Sequence record: KU686213.1 | Strand: one strand, 5' to 3' | DNA length: 64,000 nt | In this document: positions 45,301-55,200 of the stretch, piece by piece | Layout of the letters: every line of letters begins with the position of its first letter | Position numbering within the stretch: position 1 is the first letter of the stretch | The notes under the pieces: generated by a model | Databases searched by the model: none | What the model was told of the DNA's origin: nothing | What the model saw: the letters and a program-made list of their open reading frames with translations, nothing else | Position numbers and translations under genes: made by a program

Positions 45301-48300
45301 TTACTCTGAAATTACAGTAGCATCTCCTCACGGTCTACAACTAAATCCAAGAACACCAGTAGCAATCACCACCGCAGTTTATGATAATGTAAGTGGTATT
45401 GTTACAGTAACTACTGCTGCTCCACTCAACATTGATTTGAGTATCAATAACGGAGTTCAGCTAACGGGTCTTGGATTCACCTGTTCTAACTCAACCACAA
45501 CTACTAATGTTGTTGGTGCTGTATACGATAACACAACTGGTGTTGTAAGAATCACAACCAACGCAGCTAACAACGCTGCTGTAAGTTCCAAGGTTAAGTT
45601 ACAGAATCTAATCTTCTCTTGCGAGAGTGGTGGAGTTCCTTCCGATCAGGCATTCCCAAGTGGTGTTGATGGCTTTGACTTCCTAGTCAGTGAAGTAATC
45701 AGCGCAACCGAGTTCAATGCTATCGTTGGAGTCAGCACACTAACTCACACATATGTAACTGGCGGAACCGCACAAGTTGGTATCACTACTAACATCTTCC
45801 CTAGTGATGATACTCTTATCTACCCAATAACAAATATTGAGAGTAGCACTAAGTTCTCACTACAAGTTGGTCCTTCTGCCTTTGCCCACACCTACACGGG
45901 TGGTGGTGATGCTACCAAGGTCAATCGTTATAGTGTGAAGCTAGCGGATATTAAGTTTGATTGCCCTGCTTATGGTAATGATATTGGTGTTACTAACTTT
46001 ATTTACGATAACACATCAGGTAATTCACTAGTAACCGTAGATTCCAATCACGGATTGAATGTTGGAGATAGCATTAAGCTAGCCAACCTCAAGTTCCAGT
46101 GCCCTCCTTATGGTAATCAGTTCAATGTTATTGCTGCTGACTACGATAATGTAACTGGTATCATTACAGTAACAACTGACCGCGACCTAGATGGTATTTC
46201 TGTTGATGAAGTATTGAGACTAAGAGATTTACAGTTTGATTGTAACTCTGGTACTCCCTATGCTATTCAGCAGGTTACTTTCGACCCATTCAATGGTCGT
46301 ATCGCAACTCTATCACTCGGTCAGAACCCACAGGTCAATCCAGGTGACCTAATCAAACTAGAAGGTCTTCTATACAGAAATGCTGCTGGTGATGAAGTTC
46401 CATACCCAGACGGCAGAGACGCCAGCTACAATATTTTTGAAGCTCGTTCAGTAACCCAGGTCAATGCTAGCACTTGGGAAGTTACGGTTCAGTTCAACAA
46501 TATTACTGATAGCTTGGTAATCTTTATTCCTAATGGATCTAGCTACGGTACATTATTCACTGGCGTAACTGGTAACATCTTCCCCGAAAATGTTGGACCA
46601 GAAGGTGGCTTCTATAATGTATTGAGCCTACCATCACCTAATCAGTTCGCAATACAAGTCGGAACCTCAACGATTCCACACACATACATCCGTAACGGTG
46701 AAGCATTCTCTGGCGTAACAACCAACTTCTTCCCAAGCACAGACCCACAGAACTCACCACTAGGTAATCTCTTTGAGGTTGTAGGAGTTCCTACGCCTAA
46801 TCAGGTGAGAATCAATGTAGGCGTATCAAGTATCAGCCACATCTATGATTCTGGCGGTCAGCTATTGGTTGGTATCACTACTAACATCTTCCCTGATGGA
46901 ACACAAGGTAACTTGTTCCCTGTTGTAAGTATCGGTAGTTCCACTGAACTCCGCGTCAATGTAGGAACATCTTCTATCCCTCACAACTATATCAGTGGTG
47001 GATTGATGTTCGTTGGTATTACTACTAACATCTTCCCTGGTGACCCACAGAACTCACCACTAGGAAACATCTTTGAGGTTCTTGGTAAGGATGATGATTG
47101 TGGTAAGGATCGCTTTACTATCAACGTAGGTGTATCAACTATCCCTCATGCATATGTAGAAGGTGGTACGGTAACCACAGGCGTAACTACAAGCCGCTTC
47201 CCAGATGGAACCAACGGTTTTGAGTTCCCAGTTGAGAGTGTATTGGACGCAGACACATTCATTGTTAATGTGGGTCCTTCATCAATCTCTCACACATATG
47301 TTGATGGTGGCTATTCTCGCCGCTTGGAGAGCCCAATCAATTCATTCCTATATGATAATGTAACTGGTTTCGCTGATGTTGGAATCACTAGCCACAGACT
47401 AAACGTCGGTGATCTAGTTAAGCTACGCGATATCAAGTTTGATTGTGACCCATATGGTGGTGAGAAGTTCATCAACAATGTAGTATACAACAACCTAACT
47501 GGAAGACTAAACGTCAATACTATTGAGCCACACGGTCTATCTCTAAATGAGACCATCAAGCTCTCTGGTATTCAGATGGACTGCCCTGCTTATGGTAATC
47601 AGATTGCTATCACTGGCGCATCATACAGTAATACTACTGGTGTTATTGATGTTACAGTCACCCAGGCACACAACCTATCTATTGGCGATAGCGTCAAGCT
47701 AGATGGTTTGGATTTCGTATGCCCTGGTGGTTCTGGTATCACAACTACAATCTTCCCTGACGGAACAGCAGCAAGCTACAACATCTATGAAGTTGTATCA
47801 GTACCTGCTGCGAATAGCCTAACAGTAAATGTAGGAACCTCAACGATTCCACACACATATACAGGCGGCGGAAACATCTTCGTTGGTATCACTACCAACA
47901 TCTTCCCAGGCAGCGCACAGAACTCACCACGCGGTAGCTTCTTCGAGGTTCTAGACACTCCATCAATTACAGAGTTCACTCTAAATGTTGGCGTATCTTC
48001 CATCGCTCACGGATATATTCGCGGCGGTTTCGTTCAGACTGGTGTAACAACAGACATCTTCCCTGACGGAACACAAGGTGATTACTTCCAGGTTGGTGAG
48101 ATTATTGACGAAGATAACTTCACAATCGATGCTGGTATCTCATCAATCACTCACAGATATAACTCTGGTGGTTATGGTGCTAAGTATGTTACTTATCAGT
48201 CAAGAACACCACAGGTTGTCGATACATCAGTAATCCGCGTAAGCGGTGGCTGTAAGGCAGCTGAAGCTCGTGTAGATCAGTTGGCTGGGATTGTAACCTC

Positions 48301-51300
48301 TATCATACAGAACGGTCCTTCAGCGGCTCCTGGTGATGTCCCACTTAACGTAGTGGCTGCTTCTTATAACAAGCAGACTGGTGACCTATCAGTAACAACC
48401 TCAGGTGAGACTGGCGTTGCTCCTGTGGATACAGTTAAGATTGAGAATCTAATCTTCCAGTGTAGCAAGGTAAGCAATGTTATTGGTGCTACCTATGATA
48501 ACACAACAGGCAAAGCTATCATCACAACAGATGATGACAACGGCATCAGTATCGGCACCAAGATTAGATTGGAGGGACTAAACTTCGCTTGTAATGACGG
48601 AAGCCTAGTATATCCTTCAGATCCAAATACGGTGTTTGATGTTATTGTTGTTCTAGGAGACAATAAGTTTGAGCTTGACTTGGCTAAGTCAACAAAAGTT
48701 CATACTTGGACTGGTGGTGGTGTTTGTACTACGGTACCTACAACACGCACATTCCCAGACAATAAAGTATTCATCTACAATGTTAAGTCTGTTCTATCAC
48801 CAACAACATTTACTGTAAATGTAGGTCCTTCTGATATCGATCACTCATATATCAGTGGCGGTCACGTATCACCAGGTCTACGCTACCAGGTTGATAACGC
48901 AGAATACAATAAGATTACTGGTCTTCTAACAGTAACTACCGATGTTGATAATCAACTCGTAGCAAATACTGGAGTCAAGCTAAATGACTTACAGTTCTCC
49001 TGTACTTCAGGTGGTGCTAACAATCAGCCAGGTATTCTACCATTCCCAGATGGTCGTCCAGCTAACGTTGTGGCTGCTACTTATAATAATGTAACAGGTC
49101 TTCTTCGTGTTACTACAGATAAGCCTCATCAAGCATACGCAGATGTTAAGGTTCGCCTAGAAGGACTTGAGTTCTCCTGCCCAGGTGGTTCACTCATCTA
49201 CCCAAGCAATCCTAATCAGTTGCTTCGCGTAACTAAAGTAGAAGACTTCTATACATATGAAGTTCTACTTGAGCCATCATCAAAAGTACATACTTATGTT
49301 CAGGGTGGAACATCTAGCACAGGAACGAACCACTATTGCGTAGATTCTGTAATCAACTCACGCACATTTACAGTACAAATGGCTCCAAACAACCTAACTC
49401 ACATATATGTGAGTGGTGGTACGGTTGCTTCAGTATTCTGTGAACAGATTCTAACTGGAATCAATCTACGCACAGCCAAGTGTGCTGATGACGTGAAGAA
49501 GATTTACCTAGCAGTTGTTCACGATGTTACTCGTGGCGGTAATATGAAGTCCGTTGCGGCAGCTAGAAAGTATTACGACGCAGTTGGTCAGTATCAGCAC
49601 ATTGCTGGTGGTGAAGTCAACCAGACCGTAGCGGCACTAGACTACTCACTAAATGTCGTTCGCTGTGTAATCAATAACGTATCTTGGGGTGGCGTTCCAC
49701 GTGGCTACTTCACTTCAAGGGAGAGAGCATTCATCCCAACCAAGTCAAACCTAGACGCACCTTTGGCTAACAGGTCACTATCAAGAGACCTACTACGCCT
49801 AGCGGATATGCCTCCTTCAACAACACAATCTGTTGTTTGTATTGAGAAGCCTTTCGAGAAGGGTCAGTATACAACCAATAAGAAGTTTATTGAGGCATTT
49901 GACTACGATAACGTCACTGGTATTGCTTCAGTTACTACTACCCAGGCACACCGCCTAATCAAGTATGACGCAATCCGCCTAGATGATATCAAAATGCGTT
50001 GTGTTGGTAGTCCAAGAATCACCACAAATCTATTCCCAGATGGAACTCAAGGTGATATCTTCGAGGTCAAGCAAACCTTCCAGGATAATCCAATCTATCC
50101 AGTAAGTGATGCTACTTATAACAATACCACTGGTAATCTACTTGTCGAGTCTCTCGGTAGTAATCTAGAACTTGAAGTAGGAACTCTAGTTAACCTACGC
50201 AACTTGAGATTTGAGTGTAGTTCATCTGGTGCTCCAGGCACTATCGTCTATCCAACAAACTCAGATTATGTATATGAGGTTAAGAAGATTATCAACGGAG
50301 ATACAATCCTAGTCAACGTTGGTGTATCAACTCTGGTACATACCTTTGTCCCAACATCAACTACTTTCAATGTACCTCAGTTCCAAGAGCTTCCTAGAAA
50401 GTTCATCGCTCACGTAGGAACAGTTGGTTTCCCACATATCTACGAGCAAGGTGGAACTGTATGGAAGCAAGAGCCATTCCAAACTCCAGAAAGTGCTACC
50501 CAGTTGCGCGATGTATCAATTCAAAATGATCCGTTACAGTTTACCAATAGCACACCTAATGCTTGTGCGAATGTCTTCTCCGCCATTGAGAATACAGTTG
50601 GCGTTGTAACAACAATCATCGATGTTGGGTTTGAAGATTCTGGTATCTCTGTTAGGTATCCAGGTAATGATGGTAGGGGTGTTGATTCATTCGATCAAAT
50701 GTCCTCACAGGGTGTCGGTAACATCATCAGGGGTCCATACATCCGTAACTGCACGAACTTTGTTCCTAAGTCAATCGGTATGAGAATGGACGGTTTCGAT
50801 GCTGAACCAGGCGATGAAATCTCCAACGGTGTTCAAGGTTCATCTAACGTTGACTCATTCACCCAGTTTAACCCAGGCGGTATTGGTTGTTCCGTATCAA
50901 ATGGTACCTACCAGCAGCTCGTTTCTATCTTCACCATCTGTTGTGACCAGGCTATTGTTTGTGACTCAGGCGCACAGCTTGACCTTACAAACTCTAACAG
51001 CTCCTTCGGACGCTTAGGTCTAGTCGCTCGCGGTATTGGTGATGCTAAGTCCAAGTGTATTGACCGCTACACGGGTATCGTTGCTGAGGAAGCCCAAATT
51101 GAAGATGATACAGTCATCATCCGGGGAGTGGGCGAGAAGCGCCCTTATGACGGTCAAGGAATCTTCTTTGGAGAACTCTTCCGCGAAGTTATCCGAATCG
51201 ATGTTACTGATGGGGGTTCTGGTTATGATGACGAGAATCCACCAGTAGCAACGGTAGATCTTCCCACTGGTCCTTCAGGTATTAAAGCTGAGGTATCACC

Positions 51301-51838
51301 AACAGTCCTAGACGGTGAGGTTGTTTCCATTGAACTTATCTCAAATGGTAACCAGTACAGAGACATTAGTCCAACTGTAACTATCGCACCACCAAGAGAT
51401 CCTGAAGGCAGACAAGCTAAAGCTGTTGCGATCACAGAGCCTATCTACTATGACGTTGATAGTTCATCTGCTCCAGTAGAAGGAACTGTGAGAGTCGTAT
51501 TCAAACAGAGGCTAAATAATACAGTATCTGTAGGCACCACTGTATTCTTCTCTCGCCTAAGTCTACAAATCGCATCCTCACACTCCTTCGAGTACATCGG
51601 ATCCGGTAATGAGATCAACGGCGCGAGACCTTCACAGGGCGGTGTTCCTATTAAGGCTAATGAGATCGTTAAGCAGGAAGGCGGTTCTATCGTCTACACC
51701 TCAACCGATCAGGCAGGTAACTTTAACATCGGTGATGACTTCGTAATCAACCAGTTCACTGGTACAGTTACGGGTAGGTCCTTCGACCAATCGGTGCTAA
51801 ATAAGGTAACGCCACTAATCATCGCATTGGATAGCTAA
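39332..51838 (+). CDS. Giant (4168 aa) repeat-rich virion structural/fibre protein
   Basis: N-terminal ILLKRS..PGRIP...L..GELGINYYDGK.Y and FVTVNGNDNNSG...TIKKA. About 30 H-x-Y-x-x-GG modules and many YDNxTG modules. Late promoter upstream. Confidence 0.9.
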   Translation: MISSETKILLKRSGVPGRIPSLADLKLGELGINYYDGKVYLRQENDVVGSRIIEPGQGDDIGRTIFVTVNGNDNNSGLNERDSVRTIKKAAELAQFGDGIKVYPGQYIEDNPITFRDLVAVEGMDLRNVLVTPANPEKDLYLVGDGFHATNHSFVSNQDSRDAAAIISFRPLEGTASDRYFDAARLIRDNLNFISGEAVGFLTSGYSGFAAGQRSQDAARAIELNTNFISEESFQYINSPDYRGPAYTNPDINQCRSDLKDILAGWRYDLISDGNSESTGVGLTYYAPVKFTKTTNITDLVYDNTTGLLVIETELSTQSLPGDEIKLRDIQLDCPPYGNSFLIAGFDYDNVSGVGTVTLPFIHDIQAGDTIKLDDLKFDCPPYGAQAYSVSDFVYDETTGGSTVTLSSNHNLKVGDAIELRDMQFDCPAYGGTFSNVVNIEYNNVSGEAILTYADAADLDAGDVVLLYDIKLSCPAYGNAISITGFDYDNFTGITQASFASPHGLRVGDLVKFENLKFSCESYLSDTYNIVGFEYNNLTGEALASFSSDHNLSGGSNVVLDNLTFACNSYFPEGINVTGFNYTNTTGVSTISLDHAHNLQIGDRFQLEDLVFACNSYSFTDIDVTAATYDNVTGFVNITLAAPHGSSVGEFVKLDGIEYSCPGGSGITTTIFPDGTIGDQFEILSVPSPSALIVNVGPSAIPHSYVGGGTATVGITTTVFPDGTQGNEFVVTDLVDSLTLVTNVGVSTIAHTYAGSGKIFVGFTTTVFPDGTQGNVFPVLGVPAANQIALNVGTSTIEHTYVGGGTASNEDTFLNVSGFTYNDADGTGLVTLGSNHNLVVGDSFILEDLKFTCDSYRNTASTFDISDFQYDNVTGLSTVVITSSHDLRVNDTIALYDIEFSCPNGSGITTTIFPDGSVDNFYDVVAVIDPNTIITRIGTSTIPHSYVQGGLLQVGITTNIFPDGTRPSDNFFDVVSVPAPNQILTNVGLSSIAHTYASGGKFYTGITTNIFPQTFEDPNVKVVNAVYDNVTGAVTVTCDKPHGLLATNTVLLQGLEFSCASGGPGGAPGVLLFPRNQETYEVVSVATPTTYTINVGPNSIPHTYVSGGISTPQNIIDAVYNRANGELTVTLNRQHGYVAGDTASVVDLVFSCLSGGEGNAPGELIFPRPTDEFVLLSISGSEFTVNVGESSGLPHTYVNGGSVSYAGTTAQVTSALYNEETGVLTVTTSAPLGAAVDNVVTMQGLNFACNSGGPGNDPGTIIFPRLDVPVFKVSKVISGVTYVINVGTSTLAHTYVSGGFSSLKKKVNDNNLFRVLGVPTPNTVVTNVGVSSIPHTYVSGGNGFVGITTNIFPDGTRPNGSRFEVLSVLSPNKAVINVGVSTIPHFYESGGQVQYGETNERPILAFDYNNLTGGARVTVRGPHGLSAGDSVKFDGMEFECVNSPGITTTIFPDGTAASLNLFPVTGVVNNTVFDCNVGRVPFTHTYIQGGSAFVGITTNIFPDGTQGYNYTVTGVPSSNKVNVNVGVSSIQHNYVRGGALFAGETNERDIVNFSYDNESGLAILTLRQPEDLYTGNLVKLKGLEFDCPDSTAITTNIFPDGSQGFLFPVTERLNPTQFQLNIGRSTIQHNYVRGTGAAFVGITTDIFPDLSTQPTKLFNVVSIPSPNTVAVQVGTSTIPHNYESGGTLSVGINTDIFPGSSVVSPLGDTFVIDAVTSSGEIVINVGTSSITHNYERGGQVLYGQSSGGELQHITGPGVMDATIAAIDFERQMSKYVLNNRPWGSFIAAETGIVNGIDYDNVTGFATVTVPGINAQRGDMVRMSDIQFVCSDEYAGLTTTFFPDNTRPEGQYFEVESRIDENSFETFIGISSIKHNHLRGGNVYRYRQGIENVIYDRASGLASVTSMAHGYKVDDIIEMGDIRFTCPVFTPDYDIENFTYDNTTGLSQVTTTVDNDIQIGDLVRLDDIQLDCPAYGNERVITDFEYNNLNGYSEITVASPHGLQLNPRTPVAITTAVYDNVSGIVTVTTAAPLNIDLSINNGVQLTGLGFTCSNSTTTTNVVGAVYDNTTGVVRITTNAANNAAVSSKVKLQNLIFSCESGGVPSDQAFPSGVDGFDFLVSEVISATEFNAIVGVSTLTHTYVTGGTAQVGITTNIFPSDDTLIYPITNIESSTKFSLQVGPSAFAHTYTGGGDATKVNRYSVKLADIKFDCPAYGNDIGVTNFIYDNTSGNSLVTVDSNHGLNVGDSIKLANLKFQCPPYGNQFNVIAADYDNVTGIITVTTDRDLDGISVDEVLRLRDLQFDCNSGTPYAIQQVTFDPFNGRIATLSLGQNPQVNPGDLIKLEGLLYRNAAGDEVPYPDGRDASYNIFEARSVTQVNASTWEVTVQFNNITDSLVIFIPNGSSYGTLFTGVTGNIFPENVGPEGGFYNVLSLPSPNQFAIQVGTSTIPHTYIRNGEAFSGVTTNFFPSTDPQNSPLGNLFEVVGVPTPNQVRINVGVSSISHIYDSGGQLLVGITTNIFPDGTQGNLFPVVSIGSSTELRVNVGTSSIPHNYISGGLMFVGITTNIFPGDPQNSPLGNIFEVLGKDDDCGKDRFTINVGVSTIPHAYVEGGTVTTGVTTSRFPDGTNGFEFPVESVLDADTFIVNVGPSSISHTYVDGGYSRRLESPINSFLYDNVTGFADVGITSHRLNVGDLVKLRDIKFDCDPYGGEKFINNVVYNNLTGRLNVNTIEPHGLSLNETIKLSGIQMDCPAYGNQIAITGASYSNTTGVIDVTVTQAHNLSIGDSVKLDGLDFVCPGGSGITTTIFPDGTAASYNIYEVVSVPAANSLTVNVGTSTIPHTYTGGGNIFVGITTNIFPGSAQNSPRGSFFEVLDTPSITEFTLNVGVSSIAHGYIRGGFVQTGVTTDIFPDGTQGDYFQVGEIIDEDNFTIDAGISSITHRYNSGGYGAKYVTYQSRTPQVVDTSVIRVSGGCKAAEARVDQLAGIVTSIIQNGPSAAPGDVPLNVVAASYNKQTGDLSVTTSGETGVAPVDTVKIENLIFQCSKVSNVIGATYDNTTGKAIITTDDDNGISIGTKIRLEGLNFACNDGSLVYPSDPNTVFDVIVVLGDNKFELDLAKSTKVHTWTGGGVCTTVPTTRTFPDNKVFIYNVKSVLSPTTFTVNVGPSDIDHSYISGGHVSPGLRYQVDNAEYNKITGLLTVTTDVDNQLVANTGVKLNDLQFSCTSGGANNQPGILPFPDGRPANVVAATYNNVTGLLRVTTDKPHQAYADVKVRLEGLEFSCPGGSLIYPSNPNQLLRVTKVEDFYTYEVLLEPSSKVHTYVQGGTSSTGTNHYCVDSVINSRTFTVQMAPNNLTHIYVSGGTVASVFCEQILTGINLRTAKCADDVKKIYLAVVHDVTRGGNMKSVAAARKYYDAVGQYQHIAGGEVNQTVAALDYSLNVVRCVINNVSWGGVPRGYFTSRERAFIPTKSNLDAPLANRSLSRDLLRLADMPPSTTQSVVCIEKPFEKGQYTTNKKFIEAFDYDNVTGIASVTTTQAHRLIKYDAIRLDDIKMRCVGSPRITTNLFPDGTQGDIFEVKQTFQDNPIYPVSDATYNNTTGNLLVESLGSNLELEVGTLVNLRNLRFECSSSGAPGTIVYPTNSDYVYEVKKIINGDTILVNVGVSTLVHTFVPTSTTFNVPQFQELPRKFIAHVGTVGFPHIYEQGGTVWKQEPFQTPESATQLRDVSIQNDPLQFTNSTPNACANVFSAIENTVGVVTTIIDVGFEDSGISVRYPGNDGRGVDSFDQMSSQGVGNIIRGPYIRNCTNFVPKSIGMRMDGFDAEPGDEISNGVQGSSNVDSFTQFNPGGIGCSVSNGTYQQLVSIFTICCDQAIVCDSGAQLDLTNSNSSFGRLGLVARGIGDAKSKCIDRYTGIVAEEAQIEDDTVIIRGVGEKRPYDGQGIFFGELFREVIRIDVTDGGSGYDDENPPVATVDLPTGPSGIKAEVSPTVLDGEVVSIELISNGNQYRDISPTVTIAPPRDPEGRQAKAVAITEPIYYDVDSSSAPVEGTVRVVFKQRLNNTVSVGTTVFFSRLSLQIASSHSFEYIGSGNEINGARPSQGGVPIKANEIVKQEGGSIVYTSTDQAGNFNIGDDFVINQFTGTVTGRSFDQSVLNKVTPLIIALDS

Positions 51839-51842
51839 CACC

Positions 51843-52193
51843 ATGGCAGCAGTAGCACTAAACAAATTTCTAACGGTAAGACATTTGGTTACCGACTCCA
51901 ATGTGGGGATTTATACCTCCCCCATTGGTGTTGCTTCCATCGTTCTTTTTGCCCAGGCAACGAACGTGTCTTCCGATGGTGAAGTAAAATTCGTCACCTT
52001 TTCTCACGCCAGACCAGGTGATATACCAGTGGATTTTCAAATTATCAATGATGGTCCAGTCATCCCCAACGATGCACTGAACCTAATTATTGGTAGACTT
52101 GTCCTGGAAACAGGAGATGAGTTAATCCTTTCAGGCGATACGACCGGAGATGTGAAGGTTGTAGTCTCTATTCTCGAAACAGCTAAGAGCTAA
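51843..52193 (+). CDS. Small beta-rich structural protein
   Basis: 116 aa ending in RLVLETGDEL.......VKVVVSILET, typical of cyanomyovirus tail-region genes. Confidence 0.7.
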   Translation: MAAVALNKFLTVRHLVTDSNVGIYTSPIGVASIVLFAQATNVSSDGEVKFVTFSHARPGDIPVDFQIINDGPVIPNDALNLIIGRLVLETGDELILSGDTTGDVKVVVSILETAKS

Positions 52194-52222
52194 AACACCG
52201 TTCGCATTATTATCCTGGGTCA

Positions 52223-55200
52223 ATGGCATTATTTTATCAGTCAGGCAGAGTAAGTAGATTCGCAGTAGGTACACCTGGGTTTTCAACCAACAGGGACCTA
52301 ACTCTTAATGTGTCTGGCGCTATTGGTATTGAAACTACTAAACCTAGGGGGAGCATTGATACCCCAGAGATTAGTATTAGAGGACCAATTATTGACTCAG
52401 GAATCAATACAGGTGGTTTAGGATATTTCTTATCACAGGATGTAGAAGGTGTTAAGTGGGTTGCTGCTTCACCAGAAGACTTAACATTTATTAGAGTATT
52501 TGAAGATAATGTACAGGTTGGCGTTAGTTCCTTCAGTGGACTAAACTTCATATCAAATGACTCTTCATTATTTGATATTAAAGAAAGTCCAATTGGTCCC
52601 AATATTGCGGACATTAATTTTAATACATACTGGATTAGAACCGAGTATGGTAATAACGCAGGTATTTCAACTGGTTATGGACCAGACGGCACCTATGCTT
52701 CCCTCCCTGGTTATGGAACCAGCGAAGCAGTAGGTGTTACTTCTGTTGGTATTGGAACAGACAATCCACAAGATGACTTCCAAGTTGGTATTGGATCCAC
52801 TGGTGTTACTATCAATGGACCTGAAGGTAAGCTAGAAGCAGAAATTATTAAAGCCAAGAACCTTGAGCTTGATGGTAATATTACTGTTAGATCACTAGTT
52901 GTTGATCCAGGTATTGCTACATTCCGTGGAAATATTGATGCTCAAGGTATCTCTAGCTTCACTGGGGATGTTATAGCTGGGTTCGCTACTATACAGGAGC
53001 TATATGTAAATGATTTAGAGGTTGAATTATTCAGGGCAGGTGTATCAACATTAGGTTTTGGACAATCGGCATCTTCATTTACTATTGTAGAGAATAGTTT
53101 AGAGGTTCAGGGTGCTATTGGTACATTTATCAATGATCTATATGTCGGAAATGACCTTTATGTTGCTGGTGATACATTCTTCAACCAGATCAATGCCGAA
53201 AATATTCAAGTAACAGGCATTGCGACATTAAATAATGTTGAAGGAAACACGGGGATCTTCACTAGCTTTGAAGTAACAGGGATCACCACACTAAATCAGC
53301 TTGAGTTTAATACGGGAGTAGGTACTGATTTACAGTTAGAGTCTTCAACTATTGGTGTATTAACAGCGACTGATGTTAGTGCTGGTGTTGCTACTATTGG
53401 CTTTGCTAATATTGATGATGCTAATATCAGTGGTATCGTAACAGTAACCGAAGTTGATGTAGAAGAGATTGATATTGAGCGTGCCCAAGTAGGCATCCTA
53501 ACAATCACTGAGGGTCTATCAGTAACTGGTACCAGTACCTTTGTTGGTCTAGTAACCGTAACTGGCGACGCATTCATTGATGGTGACCTAACAGTTACTG
53601 ATCAGTTCACAGTACAAGATCTAGGAGCAGAGAACCTAGAAGTAACTGGTATTGGTACCATTGTAAATCTAGAATCTAATGTTGGTATTATCACCACATT
53701 GTTCACAGAAGGTTCTGTTAATACTGGTGTTGGTACATTCAATGTTGTTGAAGCCAATGATATTCAGTCAGGCACTGGTACTATTGGTGGTGTTGGCTTT
53801 GAGTCTGGTAGGCTAGAGGGAACTGAACTAGATTTTGATATTGGTCGCATCGGTATTCTAACTGGTGACCTACTCAGTTATGGTATTGGTACATTTAGAG
53901 ATAGGCTAGACAGCCCAGGCATCTCTAATATTGCCGTTGCTATTGGTAATACTCTAAACTATGATAGCACATCACAGATTAATGGTGTTACATTTGGTGA
54001 TGAGTTAGTAGATATATTCAATAGAGACCTAAGAGTAACTGGCATAACAACCTTTACTGGTGTGGGTACATTCGGATCAGATCTATATGTAAAAGAAGAT
54101 CTATTTGTTGGTGGTGAACTAAGTTTTGAACAACTAACAGGTACCAACCTACAGGTTCTAGGTATCGCAACAGTTAATCAACTAGATCTAAACACAGGTA
54201 TTGGTACCTTCCTAGACCTAGAGTTCCTACAAGTTGGTGTTGCTACTATCACCAACCTACTAGGAACGATCTCAACAATCACCAGAATGGACTCTGGTAC
54301 TGTTGCTGTTACTACTGATCCAGGTAAATATCCAACATCAGACGGTCAGTTCTATGCTGATAGATCATTCATTGAATTTTCTAATGCCCTTGATAGTCGC
54401 ACCACAGACTTTGTTGCTAGAGAAACAGCAGACATCCAAGGTACATTAGAAGTTGTTGGTCTATCAACATTCGATTCTGATATTAATGTAAACGCAGATA
54501 TCAATGTATCTGGTCTAACTACAACCAACTTCCTATTCGCTGGCGTAGGTACAATCCTACTATTAGATACAGACTTCATTGACTCTGATGAGATCAACGC
54601 AGGTATCATTACAACCCAAGATTTAGTTGTTACAGGTTCTGCTGACTTCCAAGGAGATGTTGTTGTAGACATCGGTGGTACAGCTAATATCACCAACGCA
54701 AACATTGGGTTCGCTAGCGTCACTGAGGAGGTCGTAGGAACCTCTACAGTAGGCTTCTTGAGTGCTACTGATGCGAACATCGGCGTAGCAACTGTCGGGC
54801 TTCTAAGCGCCACAGATGCAGAGATAGAAGACCTTGAGGTTAATACATTCCGTGCTGGTATTGCTACGGTAGGCTTCGGTTCATTCGGCACTGATCCAAA
54901 TGAAGGTTCCCTATATGTAACGGGTATCAATACATTTGTTGGCTTCACTACATTCACTGGAGAGGTTTATGTTGATGGTGACCTAACAGTATCAGGTATT
55001 ACAACATTCAAGCAGTTGGATGCGGAACAATCACAGATTGGTATCCTAACCACCAAGACTCTACTAGATTCTAATGGTCTAATCGACGCAGAGAATGTTG
55101 CTATCAGCACAAACCTAACAGTTTCTGGTCTAACAACTCTAACTGGATTCACTACTACTAGTGATGTTATCGTTGGCGGTGGACTAACAGTTGTTGGTGA

